A program made the position numbers and the translations under genes. 47,920 nt of DNA from Octopus bimaculoides. Its lineage: Eukaryota. The stretch is taken from contig NC_068995.1 of the NCBI RefSeq assembly GCF_001194135.2, forward strand, positions 11,861,617 to 11,909,536, in the 5' to 3' direction. Positions 26,315-37,719 of this stretch are shown here, in pieces. Position 1 is the stretch's first letter. Each line of letters starts with the position of its first letter. The notes under the pieces are model-generated. The model ran no database searches. It was not told where the DNA came from and saw only the letters and a list, made by a program, of their open reading frames with translations.

Positions 26315-26490
26315 CTGCGGCCTGGTTGGAGACCCAACCATCCAAGTTCTTTTACAGAGCTTACAAAAACTGAAGGACGGCTGCAATAAGTGTGTGAAAT
26401 CTACGAGGGGAATATGTTGAATAAAATCATAATTAAATGATTTTCCTGTATTTTTTATTCCCTATTTAGTTATTTTTCTGCACCACGTTG
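26315..26490 (+). mobile_element. Mariner 3' end relic (transposase C-terminus plus decayed right TIR)
   Basis: AWLETQPSKFF / KLKDGCNKCV / GEYVE* (with frameshifts) matches the mariner C-terminus WLxxQPxxFFxxGIxKLxxRWxKCVxxxGxYVE. It is homologous to the interior of 43902-44112. Confidence 0.65.
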
Positions 26491-26724
26491 TATTACACCA
26501 TTGTCATTAAAACTTTCTCCTCTTGTTTTCTGATGAATGATTAATCTTCGAAACGTTCAGATACTATTTCTTCCCAATAGAAGCGTTAAACTAATACCAT
26601 ATTTCTTAAAGATTTTATTCGTGTATTTTTCCTTTTAATGTCTTTTGTCTTTACACCACATCATTATATAGGCATTTCTCTTTCTCATTTATATATACAT
26701 ACATGCATATATACATACATACAT

Positions 26725-26792
<68 letters not shown>

Positions 26793-27584
26793 GTTAATTC
26801 TCTAAATGAAGTATTAACAGTAACTGCACGATAAAGTGTAGTATATTGCCACTTAAGTGTGGCTGACCCCTANNNNNNNNNNNNNNNNNNNNNNNNNNNN
26901 NNNNNNNNNNNNNNNNNNNNNNNNNNNNNNNNNNNNNNNNNNNNNNNNNNNNNNNNNNNNNNNNNNNNNNNNNNNNNNNNNNNNNNNNNNNNNNNNNNNN
27001 NNNNNNNNNNNNNNNNNNNNNNNNNNNNNNNNNNNNNNNNNNNNNNNNNNNNNNNNNNNNNNNNNNNNNNNNNNNNNNNNNNNNNNNNNNNNNNNNNNNN
27101 NNNNNNNNNNNNNNNNNNNNNNNNNNNNNNNNNNNNNNNNNNNNNNNNNNNNNNNNNNNNNNNNNNNNNNNNNNNNNNNNNNNNNNNNNNNNNNNNNNNN
27201 NNNNNNNNNNNNNNNNNNNNNNNNNNNNNNNNNNNNNNNNNNNNNNNNNNNNNNNNNNNNNNNNNNNNNNNNNNNNNNNNNNNNNNNNNNNNNNNNNNNN
27301 NNNNNNNNNNNNNNNNNNNNNNNNNNNNNNNNNNNNNNNNNNNNNNNNNNNNNNNNNNNNNNNNNNNNNNNNNNNNNNNNNNNNNNNNNNNNNNNNNNNN
27401 NNNNNNNNNNNNNNNNNNNNNNNNNNNNNNNNNNNNNNNNNNNNNNNNNNNNNNNNNNNNNNNNNNNNNNNNNNNNNNNNNNNNNNNNNNNNNNNNNNNN
27501 NNNNNNNNNNNNNNNNNNNNNNNNNNNNNNNNNNNNNNNNNNNNNTATATATATATGTATATATATATATGGATAATATATATG

Positions 27585-27615
<31 letters not shown>

Positions 27616-27624
27616 AATATGTAT

Positions 27625-27656
<32 letters not shown>

Positions 27657-28999
27657 CATGTATGTATGTATGATATATATGTAAAGGCTGGTCTATGGAG
27701 ACTATTAACTGTTTGAAAAAAATATTCGAAGATCAAAAGTTTGAAGAAATAGATATTCGGCATTCATTCTTCTAATCAGAGTTAGCTTCAAGAGGAGTGG
27801 CCTTGTCTGTGATGTTCCACAGATACGAAAGTTAAATGATGGAGGAAGCCACTGACAACTGGTAATGATCGAAAGCGGGAGAATAAACAATAGTGAAAGA
27901 CAGCTCAAGTGAGAGAGTCTGAAAGAGAAAGTGAAAGTTAGGCTGAGGAATAAATGTTATACAGGGAGAAACATGAGAACGATGGAGCAACATTAATAAC
28001 AACAATTGAATATTGAATCGTCATTGTTGCATTTCTTTAAGCCTTTCATGAGACTGATAAAAGCACAAAAGAATCTTAAAGTGAGAAGGATCTGGTTTGT
28101 TATAATGTATGTATGTGTGTGCATATGTATGTACGTATGTATATATATATATATATATATATATNNNNNNNNNNNNNNNNNNNNNNNNNNNNNNNNNNNN
28201 NNNNNNNNNNNNNNNNNNNNNNNNNNNNNNNNNNNNNNNNNNNNNNNNNNNNNNNNNNNNNNNNNNNNNNNNNNNNNNNNNNNNNNNNNNNNNNNNNNNN
28301 NNNNNNNNNNNNNNNNNNNNNNNNNNNNNNNNNNNNNNNNNNNNNNNNNNNNNNNNNNNNNNNNNNNNNNNNNNNNNNNNNNNNNNNNNNNNNNNNNNNN
28401 NNNNNNNNNNNNNNNNNNNNNNNNNNNNNNNNNNNNNNNNNNNNNNNNNNNNNNNNNNNNNNNNNNNNNNNNNNNNNNNNNNNNNNNNNNNNNNNNNNNN
28501 NNNNNNNNNNNNNNNNNNNNNNNNNNNNNNNNNNNNNNNNNNNNNNNNNNNNNNNNNNNNNNNNNNNNNNNNNNNNNNNNNNNNNNNNNNNNNNNNNNNN
28601 NNNNNNNNNNNNNNNNNNNNNNNNNNNNNNNNNNNNNNNNNNNNNNNNNNNNNNNNNNNNNNNNNNNNNNNNNNNNNNNNNNNNNNNNNNNNNNNNNNNN
28701 NNNNNNNNNNNNNNNNNNNNNNNNNNNNNNNNNNNNNNNNNNNNNNNNNNNNNNNNNNNNNNNNNNNNNNNNNNNNNNNNNNNNNNNNNNNNNNNNNNNN
28801 NNNNNNNNNNNNNNNNNNNNNNNNNNNNNNNNNNNNNNNNNNNNNNNNNNNNNNNNNNNNNNNNNNNNNNNNNNNNNNNNNNNNNNNNNNNNNNNNNNNN
28901 NNNAACAGCAGCAACAACTGAACTCACCAAACAAAATTACAACATACATACAAACGCAATAAAAATGTGTGAAATAGAAAGGAAAGATTATTGAAAATT

Positions 29000-29012
<13 letters not shown>

Positions 29013-29042
<30 letters not shown>

Positions 29043-29276
29043 GCTGCTGCTACTACTATTATTATTATTATTGTTGTTGTTGTTGTTGTTATTACTAAAT
29101 ATGATTTTATTGAAAAGTGAAGGATTAAGTGGATGCTTGAAGCGTTGCGTACAAACACTGCCGACCATGGAGAGATACATTGCATGGACCATTGTGCGTT
29201 AAATACCGTTGAAGTCAGCCACCATCGTTTCCACCTACATCGCAACTGTCGCCACCACCACCACCACCACCACCAG

Positions 29277-29317
<41 letters not shown>

Positions 29318-29481
29318 GTATTACCGCCTCCGCCATTTCTTGCAATGGCCGCCACAGCTCTTCCTTTAGTGTGTCGATCGTGATGTTGGTTTGATGCTAA
29401 TATTGGATGTTGCGTTGCTGTACTTAATTCTATCGCTCACAGCTTTTTTTGTTCTTCTTAGTACGATTGTTGTTGTCGTTG

Positions 29482-29518
<37 letters not shown>

Positions 29519-29575
29519 CCACTCTTGTTGATGCTGCAGTTCCTGCTCTGCTGCAGCTGCCGTTGTTGCTGCAAA
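29013..29575. repeat. Low-complexity trinucleotide region (ACT, GCT, GTT, ACC runs)
   Basis: Directly visible; it generates homopolymeric ORFs in several frames. Confidence 0.9.
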
Positions 29576-30316
29576 AATTTTTATTTTTAATTTTATGTAT
29601 GACATGTATAAATTGAAAGAGATAGAGAGAGATAGAAGAAAAAAGAAAGAAAGAGAGAGCGAGAGAGTGAGAGAGAAAACTGAAATAGTATGTGATATAG
29701 TGCATAAAAGTTGCACATGTTTTACTGTTGTTGTTATGTTTAGAATGTAGTACAGTGCATTATATGGTAGCGTGTTGCACTGCGCTTGTATAATCATTCT
29801 CTCATAGTCGTGCATTGTTTTGCTTGGCATTTCTTTACAGCGTTTTGTAACTCTATTGTTTTCAGTTATATTACGCAACGCGGGCGGTTGATGGACAGAA
29901 CAGTTAAGTTGTTCAGATAAATACATTCCGTCTCTTTACACTCTGGTTTCAAATCTTACACAAGCCGATTTCTATATATTTTAATACTTCCGCTATTTTT
30001 TTTTTACACTCTAGATAAAATATAATACTACTCTAGAATGGTCGATTGAAGAAAAATGTAGAGGATAAAAGAAATCAATTTACACTATTTATTCTGGCTC
30101 TTTAAGTTCTGAATACGCATTCGACAGTAATGAAACTAAATAATATCAGCCCCTTGCTTTTCCTTGTACGACATCGAGGAAGTGGATCGGAAAGACCTTC
30201 TACATTAGCAATTGCTGATCTTCTGTAAAACAAATCTGAGACAACAAAAATATTCTAGTGTCAGACAAATAGTTAAACCTCGCGACAAAAGCCTTTCTTT
30301 TCTATGCAGTTTATTC

Positions 30317-30548
30317 GGCGCAGGCGTGACTGTATGGTAAGGAGCTTGCTTCTCAACCACATCGTTCTGAGTTCAGTGCCACTCTGTGGCGTCTTGGACA
30401 AGTGTCTTCTGCTATAGCTTCGGGAAAACCAAAAGCCTTTTCAGTACGGAAACTGAAAGATGTCCGTCGTATATTGTCTATCTGGATGTTTTGTCCCTTT
30501 CTTGTATCACCTAACTGTCTGGATGTTTTGCGTTCTTGTCTCATTCTG

Positions 30549-30605
<57 letters not shown>

Positions 30606-30814
30606 TGTATATATTTGTGTGTCTGTGTTGCTCCCCACCATCGCTTGACAACCGATGTTGATGTGGTTACATCACCGTAACATAGCAGGTCGGCAAAAGA
30701 GACTGATAGAATAAGTAGTAAGCTTACAAGGAATAAGTCCGGGGTCGATTGGTTCGACTAATGACGGTGCTCCAGCATTGCCACAGTCATATAACTGAGA
30801 CAAGTAAAAGAATA
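30317..30814 (+). mobile_element. SINE family A, full length with an internal (TA)n
   Basis: tRNA-like head ggcgcaggcgtgactgtatggtaaggagcttgc...gagttcagtgcc, body cgcttgacaaccgatg, and tail ggggtcgatt...cggtgctccagcat...aagtaaaagaata. Confidence 0.88.
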
Positions 30815-30879
30815 CGAGATTATATTGGTAGAATTAGCATTCCGCCAAGAAAACGTGTTGTTTTGTATATATATACAGA

Positions 30880-31085
30880 AGAGAAAAGGTCAAGAGGTTC
30901 AAAAGCTTCGAACGTCGTGGTGTATTGGAGCGATTTCTCATCAACAGAAGAGTCTAGTGTAATCCATGGGCAAGAAAGGTACAGCTGAAGTGCACGAGAG
31001 TAGAAAGTCCAGGTTGAGAATCCGTAAAAGTTCTTTGGGTGATGAGAAAAGACAGGATCAACTGGTGCGACCACGTGAGCGTGTA
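30880..31085 (+). mobile_element. Possible decayed RTE-type LINE fragment (post-RT region)
   Basis: QKLRTSWC / PWARKV / MRKDRINWCDHVS parallels the RTE pattern KxLxxFExWC...I.W.DKV...IRKRRLRWxGHVxR, with stops and frameshifts. Confidence 0.4.
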
Positions 31086-31091
31086 ATATAT

Positions 31092-31245
31092 GGGGAGATT
31101 ATATATATATACGAGTAAGCACATAAATACAATACAAGGTTGAAAAAAAACGGTACTCGAATACCGATTGTAGAATAATATGACTTTTTATTAAAGCTGC
31201 AAAAATATCAAAGATCTGTTACTCAGAGTTTCACGTTTTCGTTTC
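31092..31245 (-). mobile_element. Possible Penelope-type pLTR fragment carrying the 3' half of a minimal hammerhead
   Basis: Minus strand ACG-AAAA-CGT-GAAA-CTC-T-GAG-TA-ACAG at 31216-31242. The CUGANGA box is absent. The pLTR assignment is from recall of similar repeats. Confidence 0.35.
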
Positions 31246-31287
31246 TGATTAATACTGGAATAAAATTGTGATGGTGTATGTAAGATA

Positions 31288-32095
31288 TGATTTGATAGAA
31301 TCCAATATGACAAATAAGCATTTGGATTTGATTGGGTAACTTATTTCCAAAACATAAACGGTGTTGTATTCGCTAACGGTTGGGCGGGTTGGAGGTGTAC
31401 GAATCAAACAGTAAAATATAATATCGAAAAAAGACCTTGAGTGAAGAAGGAAGCAGTACATGTCCAGAAGGAATTAATGAATAATTAATAATTAATAGAG
31501 GCGTAAGTTTGTTGTTATAAATTTAAAAAAACAACATGGATTGAAATACACACACGCACGCTCATACACACATACATATAAACATACACATATATACATA
31601 TATGTACACACAGGTGCGTATTCGTATATGTATAACTAGACATATATGTATGTGTGTATGTCTTTATATATATGTATGCATATGTGTGTGTTTGTGTGTA
31701 TGTTTGTATGTGTGTGTGTATGTTTATATGTGTATGTATTTTGGGCATGTGTATATAGTCATAGATTTATATATTTGTATGTATGCGTGCATATGTATCA
31801 TACACACGTTATGAAATTTTTCAACCTAGGAACTTCATCCATGATTTTTAAAATTTATAAAAGAAAACTTATGCCTCTATCAATAATAAGCAATTAATGA
31901 TTAATAATTATTAATTAATCCCTTCTGGACATGCATTACTCCCTTGTTCACTCAAAGTTTATTTCAATATTATATAATATTTGTATCTTACTGTTGATTT
32001 TATAGACTCCCAACCCGCCCACCGTTTATTTTTTGAAAATAAGTTATGGAATCAAATTCAAAACCTTATTTATCACATCGAATTATGACAAATCA
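31288..32095. mobile_element. Fold-back/MITE element, about 810 bp with about 260-bp inverted arms and a microsatellite spacer
   Basis: 31288-31545 is the reverse complement of about 31835-32095. Shared blocks include ccttctggacatg, ttcactcaa, ccaacccgccca, aaataagtta and aatcaaat.caaa. Confidence 0.85.
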
Positions 32096-32172
32096 GAATA
32101 AGTTATGGGTTCGATTTGTTCGAATAAAAAGGCGGTGCTCCTACATGGCTGCAGTCAAATATCTGAAATAAG
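32096..32172 (+). mobile_element. SINE family A, 3' tail fragment
   Basis: gggttcgatttgttcga...aaggcggtgctcctacatggctgcagtcaaat matches the tail of the 30317-30814 copy. Confidence 0.7.
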
Positions 32173-32211
32173 NNNNNNNNNNNNNNNNNNNNNNNNNNNN
32201 NNNNNNNNNNN

Positions 32212-32239
<28 letters not shown>

Positions 32240-32251
<12 letters not shown>

Positions 32252-33170
32252 TATAACTTGGTATAAGAAGAGATAAAAATTTAGATAATTATTTGCATTT
32301 ATGATTTACATCAACATAATAAATACATAAATACATATATAGATATAACATTAAACTAGGAACATATTTACATATTATTTAGAAAGAAATAAGAGTAATA
32401 TGTGGTAAAAATGCACATGAAAAGGGTAAATAAGTAAAGGTTGATATATCGATTAAAAATCATATTAAATTTAAATTTAAGGTTAAAAAGACGTTGAGAT
32501 AAATATTAAAAGTTATAAAATATATCGGTAGTGAGAAATTCTAATTATGGGTTTAAAAGTTTAGAAGAGGTCCGAAGAAATGTTTTATAAAGGGGTATAA
32601 CGACAGTATGAAGCAATTGGACTGCCGTTTCTGGAGTCCATTAGTCAGCAGGTATGAATCGTTTAGATTTACATTGACATGTCTCCTTCATCAGGAATAA
32701 GTAAATAGATAATTAATCAAGCTTGAAGACATGTAAGAGAAAACAAAACAGAGAGGAAGGAAATTTTGGGTTACATTACGCTAGTCGTCGGCTACTCCAT
32801 CAGATACTAACCACTTTTACGATGATTCATGCTTAGATACGAAAGAAACCTATAGTGAAGGATGATGGGAAATAAAAAAAAAACCTCTAGTGAAAGATGA
32901 TGGGAGAATTAAAAAAAAGTCGATTTTCCAATAAATTCCGGGAATAATTAATTACTAATAGAGGAAGAAGCCGGGCTGCCAAATACTTCATTCCTTATAT
33001 CTCATCTTATAGAGTTTCATGAAAGATGAGTGAAATTTATGAGTACATGAGTGAATGGTATCAGAGAATGTATTTAATGTGCCCGAATTGTATGATTTAA
33101 GAATAATGTGTTATTCTCTAATGCATAAATTACATTTGTTATTTCTAGCATTGAGGGTAGGGCGTTTGCT
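32240..33170 (-). mobile_element. Penelope-like retroelement 3' end relic (C-terminal Cys/His motif plus AT-rich terminal repeat region)
   Basis: Minus-strand 33167-33033 reads KRPTLNARNNKCNLCIRE*HIILKSYNSGTLNTFSDTIHSCTHKF. This matches the C-x-L-C-x-x-EK...LN...C-x-H-x-x-K motif that ends many Penelope-like ORFs. A hammerhead-like core lies downstream. Confidence 0.6.
32596..32700 (-). ncRNA. Hammerhead-ribozyme-like motif, probably degenerate
   Basis: Minus strand: CTGATGA-A-GGAG-(46 nt)-CTCC-A-GAAA-CGGCAGT-(13 nt)-ACTGTCG-TT. Helices II and III can pair; I cannot form helix I. Confidence 0.35.
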
Positions 33171-33270
33171 AGTATATATATATAAACACATATAGATATA
33201 AGAACTTACAGTGGTTAAGGCTGGGTGGCGTTCGATTATAAACAAATAAAATGAAAATTACAGATTGTGT

Positions 33271-33558
33271 ACAGGACATCACCAACGAGTTGAAATATGT
33301 AAACACACGAGTGATAAGTACAGGACAAAATACCAAAAACATACACAATAAGTATTATCGTTAAAATTATGAAATGGGAGTAATAAAAAGTCCGATAACT
33401 GATGAGGAGTTATCTTCTTTCGATATTTTGTTCTGTACTTTTGTCTCGTGTGTTTACGTATGTTTAACACGTTGGTGATGTCCTGTTCTTATTGTGTATG
33501 TTTTAGGTATTTTGTCCTGTACTTATCTCTCGTGTGTTTACGTACTTTTCACTCGTTG
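33271..33558. repeat. Inverted-repeat element with a duplicated right arm
   Basis: 33283-33352 pairs with 33488-33558 (about 70 bp, few mismatches), and 33271-33330 also pairs with 33427-33486. Confidence 0.85.
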
Positions 33559-34294
33559 ATTAGGTTGATGCATATGCCACCGTTAGGCCTTCCGCATTTT
33601 TTTAAATGTCGGTTTCAATGTTGTTGACGAGTGTTCTTGGGCTTGGGCTAGAAAACTTTCATTGATTTGAGTTGTCTTTTGCCCTTTTTCTGATGGCGTG
33701 CGTTTGGAGAATTTGACCCCAATACTGAATTGGTTGTGTTTTCTTGGCTGGGTGAGATGGATGTTTTACTCATCGTAGGCGCATATGGTGTCATTGTGGC
33801 ATCATATATGATGTAATGGATATAGTATACACGACGGAGCACATTCAATTCCAAGTTTGAAAACATTCGAATTATTAAAGAGAGTCATGAAAGAAAAAAA
33901 AACCTTAGAAAGCATGTGTGAGAAAGAGACAAGGAAGAAAAAGCCACCCAGTATTCGACTGGTATTTTATTTATCGGTTCCTTAAACGGAGGTAGGCAAA
34001 TATTACCTCAATGGGTTTTGAACTCACAACAAAAGCTGCGAGGGAATGCTGCCAATTCACCACATTGCGAAATAGCAGAATACCTAGCTTAAGAGGTGGA
34101 TCATATAACAACCATTTTATCGTATCAGAAAGGAGTTCCAACTACTAGAAGTGGAAGCCGAAGTTGCCGAAGTTACCACACTACAAATCGCTGTTTAAAA
34201 AACTACATTACATAATATATACAATATATTATGGGATACTTCATGTTCAGAGATCTGTTTAGTCATGAACAGATCGACCAGGTGTTAAGATACG

Positions 34295-34841
34295 ACAACA
34301 GCAACAACAAAAGCAACATAAGCAGCAACAACAACAACAGTAGTGACAAGAGCAACAACTACAGTAACAAACGCAACCATCATCATCGGCATCATGTTCA
34401 CTACCGTCCTTCTTCTCTCCGTCCTCCTCGTGCATCTCGACCTCCACGTCCTTCTCATCGTCATCGTCTTTCTCCTCCTCCTCCTCCTCCTCCTCCTCCT
34501 CCTCCTCCTCNNNNNNNNNNATCATCATCATCATCATCATTATCATCATCATCATCATTATCATCATCATCATCATCATGGTTATTATTACAGCCCCATC
34601 AACAACGACGACAGCAGCAGCAGCAACAACAACAACAGCACCATTATCTCCAGGATCAATCAATTACAGTATGCCGACGCCGACGATGATGACGATGATG
34701 ATGATGATCATCATCAACATCGTCCACATCATTATTATCATTATCCTTATCATCATCTTTTTCCGCATCTTCAAATATATCATCACCATCATCATCATCA
34801 TCATCACCATCACCATCATCATCATCACCGTCATCATCACC

Positions 34842-34873
<32 letters not shown>

Positions 34874-35513
34874 CATCATCACCGTCATCATCACCATCAT
34901 CATCATCACCATCATCATCGTTAACATCACCATCATTATCATCATGATCATCATCATCATCATCATGATCATCACCATCATCATCGTCACCATCACCATG
35001 ATTATCATAATCGTCACCATCATCATCATCATAATAATCATCATCATCATTATCATCATCATCACCATCACCATCGCCATCATCGCCATCATCGCCATCA
35101 TCGCCATCATCGCCATCAACTTCATCATCATGTCCGATTCTGTGTTTTTTTTCAAATTTGATTGTGTGATATATGTTTCTATTTGTCTTATTTTCTAAGT
35201 AGTTTTACTGCTCTGACGCTGCCACACTTCAAGTTTCCCCCAAATGCTTGAGCAATCTGTATTTTTGATCAAATTCAATCCTACCTCCGGACATAAATCG
35301 AAAAGAATTGGAATGATCAAATTGAAGAACTACAACGCTGTTTTTATTATTGATATTATAATCATAATAATCATCATCACCATCATCACCATCACCATCA
35401 TCATCATCATCTTCATCATCATCATCATCTTCATCATCATCATCATCTTCATCATCATCATCATCATCATCTTCACCATCATCATCATCATCTTCATCAT
35501 CATCATCATCTTC

Positions 35514-35545
<32 letters not shown>

Positions 35546-35609
35546 CATCATCATAGTCATCATCATCATCATCATCATCACCATCACCATCACCATCACC
35601 ACCACCACC

Positions 35610-35640
<31 letters not shown>

Positions 35641-35810
35641 TAATCATCATTATCATCATCATCATCATTATTATTATTATTATTAGCTTTATTCTTGTTC
35701 TTGCTATCATCATCATTATCACACATCATCATCACCATCATCCTCACCATCGTCATGATGATGATGATCATCATCATCACCGTCATTATTATTATTATTA
35801 TTATTTGCAT
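34295..35810. repeat. About 1.5-kb cryptically simple trinucleotide tract dominated by (CAT)n, with CAC/CTT/AAC/CCT variants
   Basis: Directly visible; interrupted by a roughly 200-bp spacer near 35130-35350. Confidence 0.97.
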
Positions 35811-36303
35811 CTCCTGTGTTTGATTTTTTTCTTATGTTCTTTTTTTTTTATTCAGTTTACTTGAAATGTTCCTGTGAACCTTAATTACTTTAAATATTAC
35901 CTGCTTTTATCGCAAAGGTATTAAATATAATACCGCGAATTGTTAAAAATTTCCTAAGGAAGATAGCATCGCTTTTGTCGAAAATCAAAAGAAACAAAAA
36001 AGAAAAGAAGAAAAACAAGAACTCAAAATTAAAATAATAGCAATCATAAAAGTAAATAAATAATAAATGAAAAATAATAGAAAAATTCTTTGAAACAAAT
36101 GAAAATAAAAATTAATATTTTCTTTTAGTGATTATTTTTCAGATAATTGCAATTCTCAGCAAATTTAGAAACGCTTAACGGGTAAAAAAAAAATACGACT
36201 AACATAATTTCCGATCTAATTTGAATCATTTCATGTAGCAACAATTAAAATATATTTAATAATACTAATAATAATAATAGTAATGATGATGATGATTATA
36301 ATG

Positions 36304-36354
<51 letters not shown>

Positions 36355-36414
36355 GATATTATTATTATCATTAAAGCCAGCATCTTTGAGAGAAGGCGTT
36401 GAGTTGATATCATC

Positions 36415-36523
36415 CACCCCAATATTTAATTGGTACTTTAGCTTATGAATACCGAAGAAATGAAAGCCCAAGTTGGCCGCGATGGATTTTGAACTGAGGA
36501 TCTAAAATGTCATAAGTTATATT

Positions 36524-36564
<41 letters not shown>

Positions 36565-36890
36565 AATTGCGCCAATGCTCTGACTATTTTGCTCACCAAC
36601 CTTCTAATTTTTAGTCCCAAATCAGGAAAGTTGAATTAAGGGGAGGAGCTAGTCCATTATATCGACGTGCAATGATTGATAGGTACTTACTTTTATTGAC
36701 ACCCACGAAAGGATTAAAGAGGAACTTTCACTTTCGTTTGAGGTTTTACCTCCGAACCCAAAAGGACCGGAAAAAATATCCTCAAGGCATTTTGTCCGGT
36801 GCTCTAATATCTTAGACAATCCACAACCACCGGGCAAAATTCGGCTATGCATTTTGCCCGATGTACTAACGATTCTCCCAGCTCGCCGGC
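36415..36890 (-). mobile_element. Cluster of about three decayed SINE family B copies, one containing an A38 run
   Basis: Reverse-complement family B motifs at about 36415-36600, 36625-36820 and 36845-36890 (gcattttgcccgatgtactaacgattctcccagctcgcc). Poly(A) at 36526-36563. Confidence 0.6.
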
Positions 36891-37252
36891 TTACACAAGA
36901 CATTTGATATTAAAACCAGTAAAGGACGACATGGAACACAATAAGGTGTTCCATCGATTAAGGACGTTAAGTAAGTTGGAAAAAAAGTTTCCCCAACAGA
37001 GGTCTGTCTCCAACAGCTGAACAAAGAGCCATTCGGACCCCGGAGTAGTAATCTGGTGACCAAAACTAAGTGCTCTCCGCTGTATTTGACAGAGAGGAGA
37101 CACTTTCACTTAGATCTTAGATTTCTTATGATTAGAATACATTTCCCAGTAAGTTAAGTCTAGCTCTGTTTTGGTCATGGACTCAAAGTAACCATAAAAT
37201 ATTTGTATGGGGAACGAGGCCTCAAATGACAGGTGAAGATATTAGCCGATTG

Positions 37253-37685
37253 CGTGGCGCATGGCTTAGTGGGTAGGGAATTGGATTCCTGATTTTAAGT
37301 TTGCTGTTTCAATTCCTAGGTCGGGCAATGCGATGCGTTCATGAGCAAGACACTTCATTTCACATTACTCCAATCTACAAAGGCGGTGAGCCGGCAGAAC
37401 AGTTAGCACGCAGGGTGGAATGCTTAGCGGTATTTCGCCCGTCGGTACGTTCTGAGTTCAGATTCCGCTGGGGTCGACTTTGACTTTCATCGCTTCGGAG
37501 TCGATGAAATCAGTACCAGTTGAGTTCTGGGCCCCTCCCCTCAAATTTCAGACTTTGTGACTATAGAAGAAAGGATTACTTCAATCTATTCAGCTGGCAA
37601 AAGTGAGTAATCCTGTGACTGACCGGCGTCCCATCCAGGGAGAAGTATACACGGCAGACAAACCGGAAAACCAACCTTATGGAAT
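37253..37685 (+). mobile_element. C-related SINE interrupted by a nested family B SINE
   Basis: Host head at 37253-37377 and host tail at 37575-37685 (gaccggcgtcccatccaggg...aaaccgg) flank the insert at 37378-37574. Confidence 0.75.
37378..37574 (+). mobile_element. SINE family B, full length, with a 14-bp target-site duplication
   Basis: Flanked by attactccaatcta (37364-37377) and attacttcaatcta (37575-37588), which differ at one position. Confidence 0.88.
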
Positions 37686-37719
37686 AATGTGGACTAACAT
37701 ATATTAGTCGATCATATCT

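Noticed and set aside
27705-27919. Minus-strand segment with a canonical branch point/acceptor and a signal-peptide-like translation
   Set aside because: No convincing donor or homology, so it cannot be supported beyond the splice motif.
29366-29926. Poly-Ala/Gln transcription-factor-like ORF
   Set aside because: It is low-complexity trinucleotide sequence with no recognisable domain and stops in the adjacent segments.
33399-33430. CTGATGA motifs here and in the 9.5-kb MITE arm as hammerhead cores
   Set aside because: No correctly placed GAAA box or helix III.
33648-33866. Ser/Thr-rich minus-strand ORF
   Set aside because: No splice signals or homology, and a second frame is equally open.
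34231-34689. His/Pro/Ser/Gln-rich ORF
   Set aside because: It is built from microsatellites, spans an N-gap and has no domain.
35229-35810. 193-aa poly-Asp ORF with a hydrophobic N-terminus, resembling acidic biomineralisation proteins such as Aspein
   Set aside because: It is the antisense reading of a (CAT)n tract, all neighbouring frames are similarly open, and the non-repetitive C-terminal part looks like a decayed family B SINE.
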